IMG/VR virus record: IMGVR_UViG_3300032038_009890
Location: 96,001-160,000 of that record
From: a virus
Taxonomy: Duplodnaviria; Caudoviricetes
DNA length: 64,000 bases
Reading direction: 5' to 3' (one strand)
Part shown: positions 10,822 to 22,283 of the stretch, piece by piece
How positions within the stretch are numbered: position 1 is the stretch's first letter
Layout: every line of letters starts with the position of its first letter
Translations under genes and position numbers: made by a program
The notes under the pieces: model-generated
The model's database searches: none
Seen by the model: the letters and a program-made list of their open reading frames with translations, nothing else
Told to the model about the DNA's origin: nothing

Positions 10822-11425
10822 ATTTTATTTTAACAGGAGTATCTTTACTCCAGTCAATTGTCACTTTCTTAATTCCATCAAAATTTGTAATTGCTTCGCC
10901 ATTATAGCATATATATTTCCAATCACGGTATGTTTTCAACACAAATAGTTCAATATGATCGGTGTTAAATATGCTATTTGCGAGGGCCTGATTTGCCGCA
11001 ATCAAAGACTCAATCTCATATTCTTTATCTTCGATTTCTTTTTTAAGCTGTTTATTCTCTTCTAAGTAATCTTCGATAATAATCTTGATAAAGTCAGTAA
11101 GTCTTTTATTAAATGCGAGGTCAGCTTCTGCTTTCTGCGATATCTTATTAATAATCTTATCAGAACTATCAATACTATTATTAAGATTCTTTAGCAAAAT
11201 CTCATGCTCGTATTCAAACAGTTTTTCACTTATTTCTGCAACAGCTTCATCAATATACGTATATACAGTATCCCTGTTATATTCTAATGTATCTACTATG
11301 TCCTGAAGATCATCAGTAATTTGCTCTGAAAACTCATTTTGTTTTTCTGTTAGCTCAGATATCTTTTCATTCGTATCCTCCGCTAAGTTTGTCAGATTAT
11401 TTATTTCCTTTTTGTAAAACATCAC
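10814..11425 (-). CDS. Coiled-coil hypothetical protein
   Basis: Glu/Asn/Leu-rich heptads; overlaps its neighbours. Confidence 0.55.
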   Translation of the reverse strand: MMFYKKEINNLTNLAEDTNEKISELTEKQNEFSEQITDDLQDIVDTLEYNRDTVYTYIDEAVAEISEKLFEYEHEILLKNLNNSIDSSDKIINKISQKAEADLAFNKRLTDFIKIIIEDYLEENKQLKKEIEDKEYEIESLIAANQALANSIFNTDHIELFVLKTYRDWKYICYNGEAITNFDGIKKVTIDWSKDTPVKIKYE

Positions 11426-11610
11426 ACACCCATTATTATATTAATAATGCAATTTGATGCAATGAATGCATTTACAAGTACACTGATTATCAAAATGTAA
11501 AATATTACACTAGATGCAATATTACTATTTCTTGTTTCCGTTATTCTCGCAAATACAATCAACGCAACAGTATTAAACACGAACCATGCAATTATACTAA
11601 ATATATTCAT
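11422..11610 (-). CDS. Small two-TM membrane protein
   Basis: Two hydrophobic segments. Confidence 0.5.
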   Translation of the reverse strand: MNIFSIIAWFVFNTVALIVFARITETRNSNIASSVIFYILIISVLVNAFIASNCIINIIMGV

Positions 11611-11691
11611 TGCATTACCTCCGCCTGCCTAGCGAGTAGCCGATGATAACGGCACCGATAATTAATGCAATCATAGTGCCGATATTTATCA

Positions 11692-12441
11692 TTACCATTT
11701 AATACCCCTCTGGCGCTTAGCCTTCTCCAGAATCTCGTTTGCTTCCATATCTCTCGCAGACTGCTCAAGTGCCCTATCCCGCGCCACCTCACTTGTTTCA
11801 TAAGATATCTGTGCCCCCGTGGCGCGTTCTCTGGTCTTCCTAGCCCCCTCTCTAACCTTTTCGAGCATCTTGTCGCTCTCATTTGAGGAGGCATAGGTAT
11901 TAAGTCCCTCATGCAGATTAATAACCTGCTGATCTGCTTCGATCTGGAATACTGTGCGCTCTCTTTCTTCCTTTAGAGCAATAAGGTCAGACTCAATCGT
12001 TTTGCGAGTAATCTCTTGTCGATCACGAGATTTTGTATATTCTTCAATCACACTTTTGAGAGTATCTAGCTTTTGATTAACAGTAGCGAGCTTAAGTGCC
12101 CAAGCTTTTGCGCCATCCTCGTCATTATTATCCAAGCAAGCATTTATGTGATTCTGAATACCAATCGCACTTTTTCGCAGATCATGCTCTTCTTTTTCGC
12201 GCTCTTTAAGTTTTCCTGCAATCTCAGCAAAAGACTTATCAGCTTCAGAAAATAACGCCTCTTTCTCACGGATTGCATTGTTAAAATAATCCCGCGCTCC
12301 TTCAGGAGACATTGCGTCGCGGTTAGCAAGTTCCTCGGTCCTTCCACGGAATTTTACAATTAACTGCTTAACGGCATTACCATTAATGATAATAACAATA
12401 ATACCAACTACTACAAATATAAGTAAGATACTTTTAATCAA
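11692..12441 (-). CDS. PspA/IM30-family protein with N-terminal TM
   Basis: TM segment followed by a long coiled coil (AIREKE...A...L...AK..A). Confidence 0.7.
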   Translation of the reverse strand: MIKSILLIFVVVGIIVIIINGNAVKQLIVKFRGRTEELANRDAMSPEGARDYFNNAIREKEALFSEADKSFAEIAGKLKEREKEEHDLRKSAIGIQNHINACLDNNDEDGAKAWALKLATVNQKLDTLKSVIEEYTKSRDRQEITRKTIESDLIALKEERERTVFQIEADQQVINLHEGLNTYASSNESDKMLEKVREGARKTRERATGAQISYETSEVARDRALEQSARDMEANEILEKAKRQRGIKW

Positions 12442-13020
12442 TTAACTCACCTCTATTCCATACTCTTCACACAACTTAGCAAGACCACCTTCATATCCTT
12501 CACCGATTGCATGAAATTTCCATTCGCTTTTATCACGATACAATTCTGCAACCTTAATTGCAGATGCATTACCAAACTTTTCCTTGAGATTATAGCGAAG
12601 AATCTCTTCTCCCCGGAAGTTATCTACAACACGAATATGTGCGCTATCGATAATTCCAAAATTCTGCATCCTGCGCTCGGCCTCATAAATAGAGACAACA
12701 ATCACAATTCTTTCGGCATAAGTAGGTAATTCGTTAAACTTAACAATAATTACCTCATCATCAACATTTCCGCTCGACCCAGTAGTATTATCTCCGCTGT
12801 GAACAATACTACCATTATGAGACTTTTTGTTCCCATAAAACACAAAGTCATCTTCATAGCGAGTAAGACCATTCTTTTGCAGAATATAACAGGACGCGTC
12901 AAGATCATATTCATCTTCGGAATATTTTGATGATGACCACCCAAGGCCAATGGAAATATCATTAACTACAACATCCTTAGATAACGATACCACATCATTC
13001 TTATTTAACGAAACAGACAT
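12442..13020 (-). CDS. terD: TerD-family protein
   Basis: GLGW, DLDAS, FVFYGN, HSGDNTTG, DDE, WKFHAIGEG. Confidence 0.9.
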   Translation of the reverse strand: MSVSLNKNDVVSLSKDVVVNDISIGLGWSSSKYSEDEYDLDASCYILQKNGLTRYEDDFVFYGNKKSHNGSIVHSGDNTTGSSGNVDDEVIIVKFNELPTYAERIVIVVSIYEAERRMQNFGIIDSAHIRVVDNFRGEEILRYNLKEKFGNASAIKVAELYRDKSEWKFHAIGEGYEGGLAKLCEEYGIEVS

Positions 13021-13658
13021 TACATAAACTCCTTTGCCAAATCTTGAATGCTGTGCGTCTTTCTTCCTTCTCCAGATGCCTCAAAATGCCATCCATCATC
13101 TTTGCGCACAAATTGGCCTACAATTACAGCAGTATATCCTCCAAAATCATTGGAAAGATCATAGCGGCAGATTTCTTTTCGCGTTCCATTATCAACAACT
13201 CTGCCGAAACAATTTTTAATCTTTCCAAAATCCTGATGCTTACTGTAGGCCGAGTAGATATTGATACCCACTACAAGTCCCTTCACATTTTCGGGCATCT
13301 TAGCAAGATCAATAGAAATCTGCTCACAATCTCCCTGTGCGCCGCCAACAAGATCATCTCCATGATGGATAATGCATTTACTAGAATGACGGAGATGCCC
13401 ATAATATACAATATCATCACTTGCATTCTTGATACACAGGTGAGTCTTAAGAGGATTATCTCCACCAAATAGCTTTGTAAACAATCCAGTTTTTTGTTGA
13501 AGAACACTACCCTCACTTAACACATACACAAAAGAATCACAGTCAATCGTAAGGCCAGAGGTGGATGCGCTCCACCCCAGACCTACAGTAACCTGTTGTA
13601 ATTCCTTAACTTCTTTCGAAAGGTTAATTCCTTCGCCCTTTTTTAAACTAATTGCCAT
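13020..13658 (-). CDS. terD: TerD-family protein
   Basis: VGLGW, HHGDDLVG, QDFG, WHFEASGEG. Confidence 0.85.
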   Translation of the reverse strand: MAISLKKGEGINLSKEVKELQQVTVGLGWSASTSGLTIDCDSFVYVLSEGSVLQQKTGLFTKLFGGDNPLKTHLCIKNASDDIVYYGHLRHSSKCIIHHGDDLVGGAQGDCEQISIDLAKMPENVKGLVVGINIYSAYSKHQDFGKIKNCFGRVVDNGTRKEICRYDLSNDFGGYTAVIVGQFVRKDDGWHFEASGEGRKTHSIQDLAKEFM

Positions 13659-13670
13659 CTTATCCTCCTA

Positions 13671-14273
13671 TCAGACGTTCAGGCCGTACATATAGACAAG
13701 CCTCTCCAGACCACTGCGCTCAACACCATCCGCACCTTTTTCCTTGCCATAACCCTTACCGATAGCGGTAAACTTCCATTCGCCGTTATACCGGTAAAGT
13801 TCACCCATAACCATGGCCGTCTCCGTGGAATAATCCTCGCTAAGATCATAGCGCATAAGCTCCTCATTCGTAGCTTCATTTACAATACGAACGTAGGCAT
13901 TCTGTACCATTCCAAAATTTTGCATACGATTCTCGGCATCATAAATAGACACAGTAAAATCGATCTTTTCGATGTCCGCAGGGACCTTGTCTAACTCAAC
14001 ACTAATAACTTCATCATCTCCACTGCCCTCGCCAGTAAGGTTATCACCGCAGTGCTTTACGGCTCCCGAGTCGTGCTGAAGGTGATGATAATAAACCATG
14101 TCACCTTCAATCCTTGCCTTGCCGTCGGCATTAAGCAGGAAGGCACAAGCGTCCAGATCAAATGCTCCATCATCAAAACGGTTTACGTCCCATCCAAGGC
14201 CAATACGCAGACTCTTAAGACCTGAATTGCCCTTAGTTAAATCAACTTTCTGTCCCTTTACAAGATTAATCAT
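13671..14273 (-). CDS. terD: TerD-family protein
   Basis: [39 protein letters not shown]. Confidence 0.9.
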   Translation of the reverse strand: MINLVKGQKVDLTKGNSGLKSLRIGLGWDVNRFDDGAFDLDACAFLLNADGKARIEGDMVYYHHLQHDSGAVKHCGDNLTGEGSGDDEVISVELDKVPADIEKIDFTVSIYDAENRMQNFGMVQNAYVRIVNEATNEELMRYDLSEDYSTETAMVMGELYRYNGEWKFTAIGKGYGKEKGADGVERSGLERLVYMYGLNV

Positions 14274-16902
14274 TATTCTTTCTCCTTACAAAATATTTTC
14301 TTACAAAGTCAATAGGTACGATCAGCAGAGATAATCCACAGATCACAGCCCACTGCAAACCGCTTAGTGCAACACAACCCACGAAACTCTGCGCAAACTG
14401 TACAAGCGCAAAAGTAGAAGCGAAAATCAGGATTGCAATTACAACAAAGAGCGGGTTTTTACTAATTCCTTTGAACAAATTAAATCCATCAGTACGGATA
14501 TTAAACCCATTCACAACGGCCACAAAGATCAGCAGAGCAAACCTAGCAGATGCATATACTTCTTCTGTTGGGAAAATAGCTCTGATCTGTGGAACAAATG
14601 TCAGCCCAAAGATAGCTAAGAATCCCACGATAGAAACAGCAATCTGAGAGATGGTTTCTTTTGATAATAGCTTACTACCCTTTGGAATAGGTTTCTCTAG
14701 CATATACTCAGCCTTAGCAGGTTCCCCGCCGAAACTCAGGGAATTCAGCGAGTCCATTACTATGTTCACAACCAGAATTTGTGTTGCAGTCAGTGCTTCA
14801 ACAACAAGAATCAGCGGATAAAAGATACTCAATACTACCAAACCAATGTTAATAGGCAACTGGAACTTGAGAAATTTCATCACGTTGTGCATAAAGGTTC
14901 GGCCCAGAAGCACTGCTCTGGTAATAGAAACAAAATTATCATCTGTGATAATAATATCTCCCGCCTCTTTGCAGACATCTGTTCCACTTCCCATACTAAA
15001 ACCTACATCCGCACCTTTTAAAGCTGGCGCATCGTTACTACCGTCGCCTCCCATCCCACAACATATCTTACATTCCTGAGCTAACCTTACAACTCTTAGC
15101 TTAGTGTCAGGCGTAGCCCTAGCAATCACCTTAATATTCTTTAAGTTTTCCTTTACATATTCATCAGCAAGATTCGCAAACGTAGTTGCCGTAAAAGCCA
15201 GATCCTCGCTATTAGGCGTATAGATTCCGCAATCTGTAGCAATCGCAACAGCAGTATCAAGTACATCACCAGTAATCATCATCACCTGTACTCCCGCATC
15301 ATGCATCTGCTTTACGGCGTCAGGAACCTCGGGCCTAATATCATCTCGAATAGCCACAAAGCCAAGATATACTAAGCCGTCATTCATTTCATCTTCAAGA
15401 TCATATTCTGTTACAGCAAATGCAATACATCTCATGGCTTTAGATGTATACTTCTTGATCTCTGCTAATACCTTTTCCTTATCAAATTCTCCGTATTTTT
15501 CAACTTCGAATACTTGCGTACACTTTTCTAGGATCTTCTCAGGAGCGCCTTTATAATAAGTAGCTTTCTGTGTCTGTACAGCACTATACTTCCAAGCACT
15601 GTTAAACTCTTTCTTTTTAATTACCTCAGAACGATTAATAATCCCAATATGTTCTGTCGGAGAAGCCAAACTTAATAACGCTCTATCAGTTGCATTACCG
15701 CCAACAATATTTCCTTCAGAATCAAACGTAGAACTAGAATTCATCACAACGTTATTCATAATAACATTATACAATTTAGTTCCTTCTCTTATCTCGTCTC
15801 CATCATATCCAATCAGATGTACGGGCACTAGCTTGCCACCAGTCAACGTTCCAGTCTTATCCGTGCAGAGTAACTGAATATTCCCCGCTTCAGGAATCTT
15901 ATTTGCGTTCTTTGCCAGAACATTATTCTTAATCATTAAATTAGCATTTTGTGCTGTTAATATCTTGATGATAGCTGGCAATCCTTCTGGCACGGCAGCC
16001 GCTATAATAGTCAGAGCATTCTCAACAATTACGCCTAACCTTAAAAATACTTCCAAAACTCCAAGCGTAAAGAAAGAAGAGCATCCTCCAAACTTTAATA
16101 TCTCAGATGTGAGCAACACAACAAATACTATAATAGCTCCAATATATCCAAATTTAGAGATCTGGTCTGCCAAATCATCTAATTGAATCTGAAGCGATGT
16201 TTTCGTTTCTTCAATCTCATCAATGCTTTTAATTGTCTTTCCGTTTACAGTGCCGGGATAGGTTTCTGTGCCAATGCCGACATTCGTAACGACCATCTTA
16301 CCTTCGCCTTCAGTTACTAAAGTTCCGGCAAAAAGACTATATTCATCAGTATAATCATCGCCAGTAGGTACACGAGTCTGCGCATTATACGGGCATGTAT
16401 CATCTTCCCAGGCGATTTTTTTACAATCCTTAGATTCTCCGTTAAGTACAGAGTTATCAACCTTAAGATGACCATCAATAAGATAACCATCCGCATAAAT
16501 CTGTTCTCCGCTCTGTAACAGTACAATATCACCAACAACAAGGTCGTTTGTGTTAATGTTTTGTATATTTCCATTGCGTAAGACATTACAGAATCTAATT
16601 GATACCTTATCCTTTAACTTTTTTGTTTCTCGCTGATCTTTTAGCCCATTATATGTATTCAATCCAGCGATTATCAAAATCACGCATCCAAGACTCAAAG
16701 GTTCTGGTACTGACCCATGACCAATTATAGCCACGAAGACAAACATAACCATTAACAACAGTAACAGACGATTTATTTTATCCTGAAAAGTCTCCGCAAA
16801 AAACTTGTACCACTTCTTTAGCGGTTTCTCAGGTAACTTATTGGTGCCGTATTTCCTTCTTTGTTCTGCTACATCGGATTCTTTTAAACCCTCGTAATTC
16901 AA
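14266..16902 (-). CDS. P-type cation (Ca2+-type, P2) ATPase
   Basis: PEGL, DKTGT phosphorylation site, KGAPE, MITGD, GDGSND; multiple TMs. Confidence 0.92.
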   Translation of the reverse strand: MNYEGLKESDVAEQRRKYGTNKLPEKPLKKWYKFFAETFQDKINRLLLLLMVMFVFVAIIGHGSVPEPLSLGCVILIIAGLNTYNGLKDQRETKKLKDKVSIRFCNVLRNGNIQNINTNDLVVGDIVLLQSGEQIYADGYLIDGHLKVDNSVLNGESKDCKKIAWEDDTCPYNAQTRVPTGDDYTDEYSLFAGTLVTEGEGKMVVTNVGIGTETYPGTVNGKTIKSIDEIEETKTSLQIQLDDLADQISKFGYIGAIIVFVVLLTSEILKFGGCSSFFTLGVLEVFLRLGVIVENALTIIAAAVPEGLPAIIKILTAQNANLMIKNNVLAKNANKIPEAGNIQLLCTDKTGTLTGGKLVPVHLIGYDGDEIREGTKLYNVIMNNVVMNSSSTFDSEGNIVGGNATDRALLSLASPTEHIGIINRSEVIKKKEFNSAWKYSAVQTQKATYYKGAPEKILEKCTQVFEVEKYGEFDKEKVLAEIKKYTSKAMRCIAFAVTEYDLEDEMNDGLVYLGFVAIRDDIRPEVPDAVKQMHDAGVQVMMITGDVLDTAVAIATDCGIYTPNSEDLAFTATTFANLADEYVKENLKNIKVIARATPDTKLRVVRLAQECKICCGMGGDGSNDAPALKGADVGFSMGSGTDVCKEAGDIIITDDNFVSITRAVLLGRTFMHNVMKFLKFQLPINIGLVVLSIFYPLILVVEALTATQILVVNIVMDSLNSLSFGGEPAKAEYMLEKPIPKGSKLLSKETISQIAVSIVGFLAIFGLTFVPQIRAIFPTEEVYASARFALLIFVAVVNGFNIRTDGFNLFKGISKNPLFVVIAILIFASTFALVQFAQSFVGCVALSGLQWAVICGLSLLIVPIDFVRKYFVRRKNND

Positions 16903-16991
16903 CTTCTTATCACTCTCCTTTTAGTTGATTGTATGTCTTCTTTCGTATATCTCACAGGCAAAATCAAGTTCTTACTATAATCTACATTTGA

Positions 16992-19211
16992 TCATTCATA
17001 GTTTTCATAAAACTTATCCCGTAAAGTAATAATATCTAGTCCAAGCAGACTTTCTTTATCTTCCGTCTCGTCATACATCTTGCGAAGGAAACCATAAAAC
17101 TTATTATCAAGCTCATTGATCAACTGCCCAGTGCCCTCGATGTATCCGCGCCGAAGAGTAGTGCTTGCAATACTCCTCATGCGTTTCCAAAAATTATAGT
17201 ATTCGGTCTTAACTTTAAACATCAAATTTCCAGAGTCCTCAACGACAAAGCCTTCTACATATTCTCCAAGAAGTTTATATCCCTGCTTCTGTACCGCGCT
17301 ATACCACTCACAGAATTCTTCCCAATTGGTGATATTACATACCTTGCGTTTATGTGTTAATCCAAACTTAACAGCAAGGTCAACCATATCATTATAAGGT
17401 AATTTGTTAAACACAATATCATTCTTTACAATGTCAAGCAAAATGATATTATGATTCAAATATTTAATGATATGCGGGTCCTTCTCAGAATCTTCCACTT
17501 CAAATACGAAAGTACAATCATTATCTTTCAGATACTGAAGAATATTCTTACGAGCATCTTCTGTAGTTACCTCAAAGAAAATCTCCTTAAACCATCCTGC
17601 ATACTCTCCTCCTACCATAGATTTGGTACAGTAACGGAAATCATCTGCATACTCATCATATGAGAGCATTCCAAGGAATCCATTTTCTTTTACATATACA
17701 GATATTGGATACTTAATTACATCCTTTAATTCAGCAAACGTAGGGCAAATAGTACCATCTAAATAGGACATTTTCAAATATCCACGTGCACATACTTTGA
17801 TTCTATTTAGATCGATGAATAATCCTCTCGCATGGACTGTTAAATTATTCCAAATACCTTTCTTAAATGCATCACTTGAAAAGTTAAATGAGCTAATATT
17901 ATTCTCAAATTTCTTCTCGTGGATATACTTACTCGCTCTCATGTCAAGAACAAGCTTCGCCAAATCACTGGAGTTAAGCGCATTCTGAAGCTCGAACTCT
18001 TCTTTCTTACGGAATACCGTATTCTTAATCTCAATCGGCTTAAAGCCTTCGTGATCAAGCTCAACTACACGCAAACATCCGCCAAATTCAACCCTACCCT
18101 CCAGATTAAATACATGCGGAGTCACATGAATCTCAGATGCCTGTGTATTCCTGTGTCCGAAAATCTGATAAACTCCTCCAGACTTTTCTTCCCATGCGTT
18201 AGCCACGTCCAGATAATCTTCATATCTCCCAACACCCTTAATCATCTGCTCGGATGCGACTAAAGTCACGTTCTCGGGCATAAAAGAAATACCTCCATGA
18301 CAAACGAAGACTTCTTTATCATGGAATTTATACCAAGCACACTGAACAAGCTTATAATACAATCTGCTCAAATCTTTCTTATCAAAGTTGGCACTGTTCA
18401 GCTGATTCTTAGTCACCCATTCAAATTCACGGGACTTTGCAGGAATGTCATGTGCATAATTGTATATTGACACCTCATGGTTACCTGTTAGTAGTAATAC
18501 ATTTTTCTTATCTTTAATTTCAAGAAGATACTTAAGTACCTCAACATTCTCAACACCACGATCAAGATAGTCACCTAAAAAGATATAAAACACGTCATCT
18601 TCTAATTGACCGTGAAGATACTTCTGCAATACCGTATAACATCCATGCACATCTCCAATATGCACAATTTTCCGATAGTTAGACAGATCAATAGGTTTAA
18701 GCCAAATCTGTTCAATGTCTTCCCCTGTGACATTGCACGGGTCTTTAGGTTTAATCACAGTAATACCAGACGGCACTTTCTGCGTCTCAAACCGCGCATA
18801 CATTTTGTCATCTACGTCATCGGGAACCCTTTTAAGTTCCTCCCTCTGCGCATTCCGTGCTTTACATACATCAATCGGAATGCCAGTTAAATCAAGCAAA
18901 TAAATCCTATACCTATATTTAGACGCAAGATTCTTATACTTATTCATCTCTTCTGATTTAGAATTCGTTGCATCAATTACAGTAAACTCCCCTGCTTGCA
19001 TACGAATCTCTAAAAGCTTAAAGAGCATATCCCAGACCACTTTTTCATGACTAAAGCCAATCTGTACGGAGCCATTTGTGGTCTGTTGAGGAGACTGGCA
19101 CAGCATACGTATTTCATCTGCGCACAATCGATAATTTTCTAGTCCAAGCTTCCTGATAATGGTACTTTTCCCCGCTCCAGGAGCGCCTCTAAACAATAAT
19201 AATACTCTCAA
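16992..19211 (-). CDS. Pnkp-type RNA repair enzyme: polynucleotide kinase + calcineurin-like phosphoesterase + Rnl1-like ligase
   Basis: GAPGAGKS/DATN kinase; GDVHG, GDYLDRG, GNHE, HGG, GH phosphoesterase; KENG, EGFVV, FKVK nucleotidyltransferase. Likely TTG start at 19211 overlapping the upstream stop. Confidence 0.85.
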   Translation of the reverse strand: MRVLLLFRGAPGAGKSTIIRKLGLENYRLCADEIRMLCQSPQQTTNGSVQIGFSHEKVVWDMLFKLLEIRMQAGEFTVIDATNSKSEEMNKYKNLASKYRYRIYLLDLTGIPIDVCKARNAQREELKRVPDDVDDKMYARFETQKVPSGITVIKPKDPCNVTGEDIEQIWLKPIDLSNYRKIVHIGDVHGCYTVLQKYLHGQLEDDVFYIFLGDYLDRGVENVEVLKYLLEIKDKKNVLLLTGNHEVSIYNYAHDIPAKSREFEWVTKNQLNSANFDKKDLSRLYYKLVQCAWYKFHDKEVFVCHGGISFMPENVTLVASEQMIKGVGRYEDYLDVANAWEEKSGGVYQIFGHRNTQASEIHVTPHVFNLEGRVEFGGCLRVVELDHEGFKPIEIKNTVFRKKEEFELQNALNSSDLAKLVLDMRASKYIHEKKFENNISSFNFSSDAFKKGIWNNLTVHARGLFIDLNRIKVCARGYLKMSYLDGTICPTFAELKDVIKYPISVYVKENGFLGMLSYDEYADDFRYCTKSMVGGEYAGWFKEIFFEVTTEDARKNILQYLKDNDCTFVFEVEDSEKDPHIIKYLNHNIILLDIVKNDIVFNKLPYNDMVDLAVKFGLTHKRKVCNITNWEEFCEWYSAVQKQGYKLLGEYVEGFVVEDSGNLMFKVKTEYYNFWKRMRSIASTTLRRGYIEGTGQLINELDNKFYGFLRKMYDETEDKESLLGLDIITLRDKFYENYE

Positions 19212-19408
19212 AAAGCACTGCCTTCCCACCCGCATTCAAAGCATTTATAAATATGCTGTGGCGGATTTGTCATTAGTAATTGAAATTCATTACGATATAT
19301 GCGATTTTTACATATAGGACATTCAATCTTTGTATACATCCATTCCACTGGATTATTGATTGTATCATTCCTAAACTGAATATACTTATCCCACTCTATC
19401 ACCATCAC
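19208..19408 (-). CDS. Small Zn-ribbon protein
   Basis: CPIC...TNPPQ...CFECGW. Confidence 0.6.
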   Translation of the reverse strand: MMVIEWDKYIQFRNDTINNPVEWMYTKIECPICKNRIYRNEFQLLMTNPPQHIYKCFECGWEGSAF

Positions 19409-19561
19409 CTCCCTTTAGTTCATTTATCAAGATATTAGACAATAAAGAGCATAATTTTCTTTCTGTTTTTGATGAATCAACACGCACAGCCATAGCAAAC
19501 AGGGTTTCATATACTCGCATAGTTGTTTTAAATTCGTCACTACTCATTTGTTTCTCCAACT

Positions 19562-19600
19562 AAAAAAGAGGTTATGGGCACAAAATATGCCCATAACCTT
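19562..19600 (-). terminator. Intrinsic terminator
   Basis: AGGTTATGGGCA/TGCCCATAACCT stem followed by a U-tract. Confidence 0.75.
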
Positions 19601-19609
19601 CTTCCACTA

Positions 19610-19855
19610 TTAAATTTTTTCTTTTACTACGATATCACCTGTGACCAGATCGATTTTACCTATGGTCATTCGATATGGTTTAGAATCCCCGAATGGACAA
19701 TCGACATTGCGATGTGTTAAGACATCACAAACATAAAAATATTTATATTCGCCTGTAACTTTAATCGGGATAGCCACTTGGCCCCAGATATGTGGGTCAT
19801 GAGTATTTAAAAACAGTGCCCAGTATTCCATCCCGACTTGCAATTGCAGTATCAA
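19610..19855 (-). CDS. Hypothetical protein, paralogue of 20700-20966
   Basis: Shared F(Y/F)VC(D/E)VL.H...S.PYRMTI.K.DL motif. Confidence 0.55.
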   Translation of the reverse strand: MILQLQVGMEYWALFLNTHDPHIWGQVAIPIKVTGEYKYFYVCDVLTHRNVDCPFGDSKPYRMTIGKIDLVTGDIVVKEKI

Positions 19856-19944
19856 TGGTAATTATGATTCAGCAGAATTAAACCGACAATACTCAGAACC
19901 ACTAACAGCGCCCCAACATCTCTCATATCTGCCCCTCTCTAGCA

Positions 19945-20253
19945 TTATCCTGCATATCCCCGTGGCCCACAGTAGGGAATATCCAGTTTCCAACCATTTC
20001 TATGATTTGGCGTAGAGGTTTTTCTTACAGTAGCGCCAGTTCTAATCAGATTTGATAGTTTTCGCCTATCATCCCGGAGACTGTCGATGGTTTTGGCAAG
20101 CTCACCAATCTGCATGGACTGAAGATAGATTGTCCTTTCATACTCGTCTCGAACTCTGCTAAGGTATGAGATAAAGAATAAAGTCACCCCCAAGGCAGTT
20201 AAAAGGCCGCTAGTCAAACCCAATAAAAACGCTACCTTTGTGAAATCAGACAT
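19945..20253 (-). CDS. Membrane-anchored coiled-coil protein
   Basis: N-terminal TM; GGAGG RBS; has its own promoter. Confidence 0.6.
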   Translation of the reverse strand: MSDFTKVAFLLGLTSGLLTALGVTLFFISYLSRVRDEYERTIYLQSMQIGELAKTIDSLRDDRRKLSNLIRTGATVRKTSTPNHRNGWKLDIPYCGPRGYAG

Positions 20254-20299
20254 TTTGTTCCCTCCATGTGTGTTCCGTTAGTGTTCGCTTGTAAATAAT

Positions 20300-20328
20300 A
20301 TTATATGGATTTAGCCCCTACTTGTCAA
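20300..20328 (-). promoter_or_regulatory. Sigma-A promoter
   Basis: TTGACA-N17-TATAAT. Confidence 0.8.
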
Positions 20329-20505
20329 GCCCTAAATAATTTCCTTTTTAGTTATTAAATTCCATTTTGACGCGGCATTTATCATACTACCGTCTTTGGT
20401 TTTCATACCGCATCTGTGCAAGACCACCTTATTTATATCTGTCTAAGTTAATTGGAGGCGTGACAACCATTTGCAATCGGGGCCTAGTTTTAATACGATT
20501 CAGTA

Positions 20506-20688
20506 TTATACCTTCTTAAAACTAGTGATCTGGTCAATGATGTCCTGATACGTATTCTTAACAATATATTCTTTGCCATTATTCATAACTACAGAACATC
20601 CAGTGTTAGTTCCAACGATTGCAGAAATATCAACGAACTTCAGTGCAATCTGCTTCTGCGAATTACCAGTCAATTCCAAGAAGATCAT
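20506..20688 (-). CDS. Small FlbD-like protein
   Basis: ELT...I..I...V.M.NGKEYIV pattern. Confidence 0.4.
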   Translation of the reverse strand: MIFLELTGNSQKQIALKFVDISAIVGTNTGCSVVMNNGKEYIVKNTYQDIIDQITSFKKV

Positions 20689-20699
20689 ATTGTGCTCCT

Positions 20700-20966
20700 T
20701 TATGCAAAGTTATATGTGCAGGCGATGTTTCTATGATCGAGATCCCATTTATTAATTGTCATTCGATACGGAAGAGATTTACTATACATACTACCCTTTA
20801 CGGTATGTGGCAATACCTCGCATACAAAAAATTGCGGGAATTCTTTGAGAATCCTCACAGGTACAAACTCATTAGATATATGAGATGCGTTTTTAAATCT
20901 TGCCATAATCTCCGACCCAACAAAAATCTCGTCGGAAGACAAGCACTGTAACATATGATTAACCAC
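20700..20966 (-). CDS. Hypothetical protein, paralogue of 19610-19855
   Basis: Shared motif with 19610-19855. Confidence 0.55.
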   Translation of the reverse strand: MVNHMLQCLSSDEIFVGSEIMARFKNASHISNEFVPVRILKEFPQFFVCEVLPHTVKGSMYSKSLPYRMTINKWDLDHRNIACTYNFA

Positions 20967-20972
20967 CTCCAG

Positions 20973-21878
20973 TTACATATTCCTGATCACTCTGAGCATA
21001 TCCACGACGTTATCCATCAGAGGCATCATCTCATCCTTGGAGACCAGACTGCTCTTACCGAAAGTCTGACTCACCATATCAATATAAAACGTACAGGTTC
21101 CATCATCCCCGGCATACAGATGTTCCCATTCTTCTTCGGACACAATGCTCTTCACATCTAACTGCTCCAAGGCAAGATTATCAAAACAAACCACCTTAAA
21201 CCAGTCTTCGTTCATGACATCCATCAGATTATCTTTGAGTATACGCCTGTTGACAGATACTTCGGCGCGATGCTCTTCTAGGTAATCATGCCCGCGCCCC
21301 TTATCTTTATAACCTAAGATGAGAAGTTTCAGGCCATGGCCTTTCATTACATTAATTTCATCCATGGTAACACAACCGCTGATCACATGGATAACAGCAG
21401 TAGGATATTTCTTAACCTTCTCAATAAATTCTTCCGTCGGTTTCCGCAGGGAGATACCAAGGCCAGTAATCAAGTCTCTGTACATAAGATCGGCAATTAC
21501 ATCTTCCTTGCGCTCGAAGTGAATCTGATTTACTGTCATATTGACGATAACATTCTTTTTCTTGAGCCTCTCCAGAAAAGGAATTAGCTGAGCATGGTTA
21601 ACGGAATTGCCATTGATCGCAATCTCCGTATACGGATGTAAGCTATCGATAAACTTCGCGCCCAATAAATCCCCTTCGGGACCATCAGGAGTAGCTCCCT
21701 CATAGCAATATTGACAACCACCGTCACAACGCCTACCAATTGAGATATCAATACTCTCTGGAAATTCAGGCAAATACTCATCATCTTCGGTGCGGCGAAT
21801 CTTGGTTCCACTAGCCTTGTCAATTAAGACGGTGTAATTGCCGTTCTTATATACATGAAACACTGCTATTACCTCCAA
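20973..21878 (-). CDS. Radical SAM protein
   Basis: CDGGCQYC (CxxxCxxC) motif; YKNGNY...GTKIR N-terminus. Confidence 0.85.
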   Translation of the reverse strand: MEVIAVFHVYKNGNYTVLIDKASGTKIRRTEDDEYLPEFPESIDISIGRRCDGGCQYCYEGATPDGPEGDLLGAKFIDSLHPYTEIAINGNSVNHAQLIPFLERLKKKNVIVNMTVNQIHFERKEDVIADLMYRDLITGLGISLRKPTEEFIEKVKKYPTAVIHVISGCVTMDEINVMKGHGLKLLILGYKDKGRGHDYLEEHRAEVSVNRRILKDNLMDVMNEDWFKVVCFDNLALEQLDVKSIVSEEEWEHLYAGDDGTCTFYIDMVSQTFGKSSLVSKDEMMPLMDNVVDMLRVIRNM

Positions 21879-22268
21879 TCAATAATCATAATATGATCTG
21901 GTGATACTGTAATTTTTACTCGGTTCATTGATATCAATGCCATCATCATATTTACAACGATCATATTTAAAAAAGCCAAAACATTCAAGATCGTCCAATA
22001 TATTATCTTCTGGGACATCATTTGCATTCTTAATATAAGTATACCTCTTATCGTTCTTTTTTAAGAAACTGAATGCCTCCTCTAAGGTGTATAATCTTCC
22101 AGAACTGATCTTGTTGTTATTTTCATCCGTAGCATAATCGTCGCCACCGAGATACAGGTAATGATCACCTTTCATCCATCTATCGAACTCAGTAACACTT
22201 AGTGTTGCATAGGCATGATTCATAGATGAATTGGTTTCAAATACAAAAGGTCTAACGGTAAACTTCAT
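21879..22268 (-). CDS. ETNSS-motif protein 3
   Basis: N-terminal R..VFETNSSMNH. Confidence 0.65.
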   Translation of the reverse strand: MKFTVRPFVFETNSSMNHAYATLSVTEFDRWMKGDHYLYLGGDDYATDENNNKISSGRLYTLEEAFSFLKKNDKRYTYIKNANDVPEDNILDDLECFGFFKYDRCKYDDGIDINEPSKNYSITRSYYDY

Positions 22269-22283
22269 CTAATTTCTCCTTTC

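Noticed and set aside
8136-16902. Bacterial chromosomal segment
   Set aside because: It is embedded seamlessly among phage replication and small hypothetical genes, with no housekeeping context.
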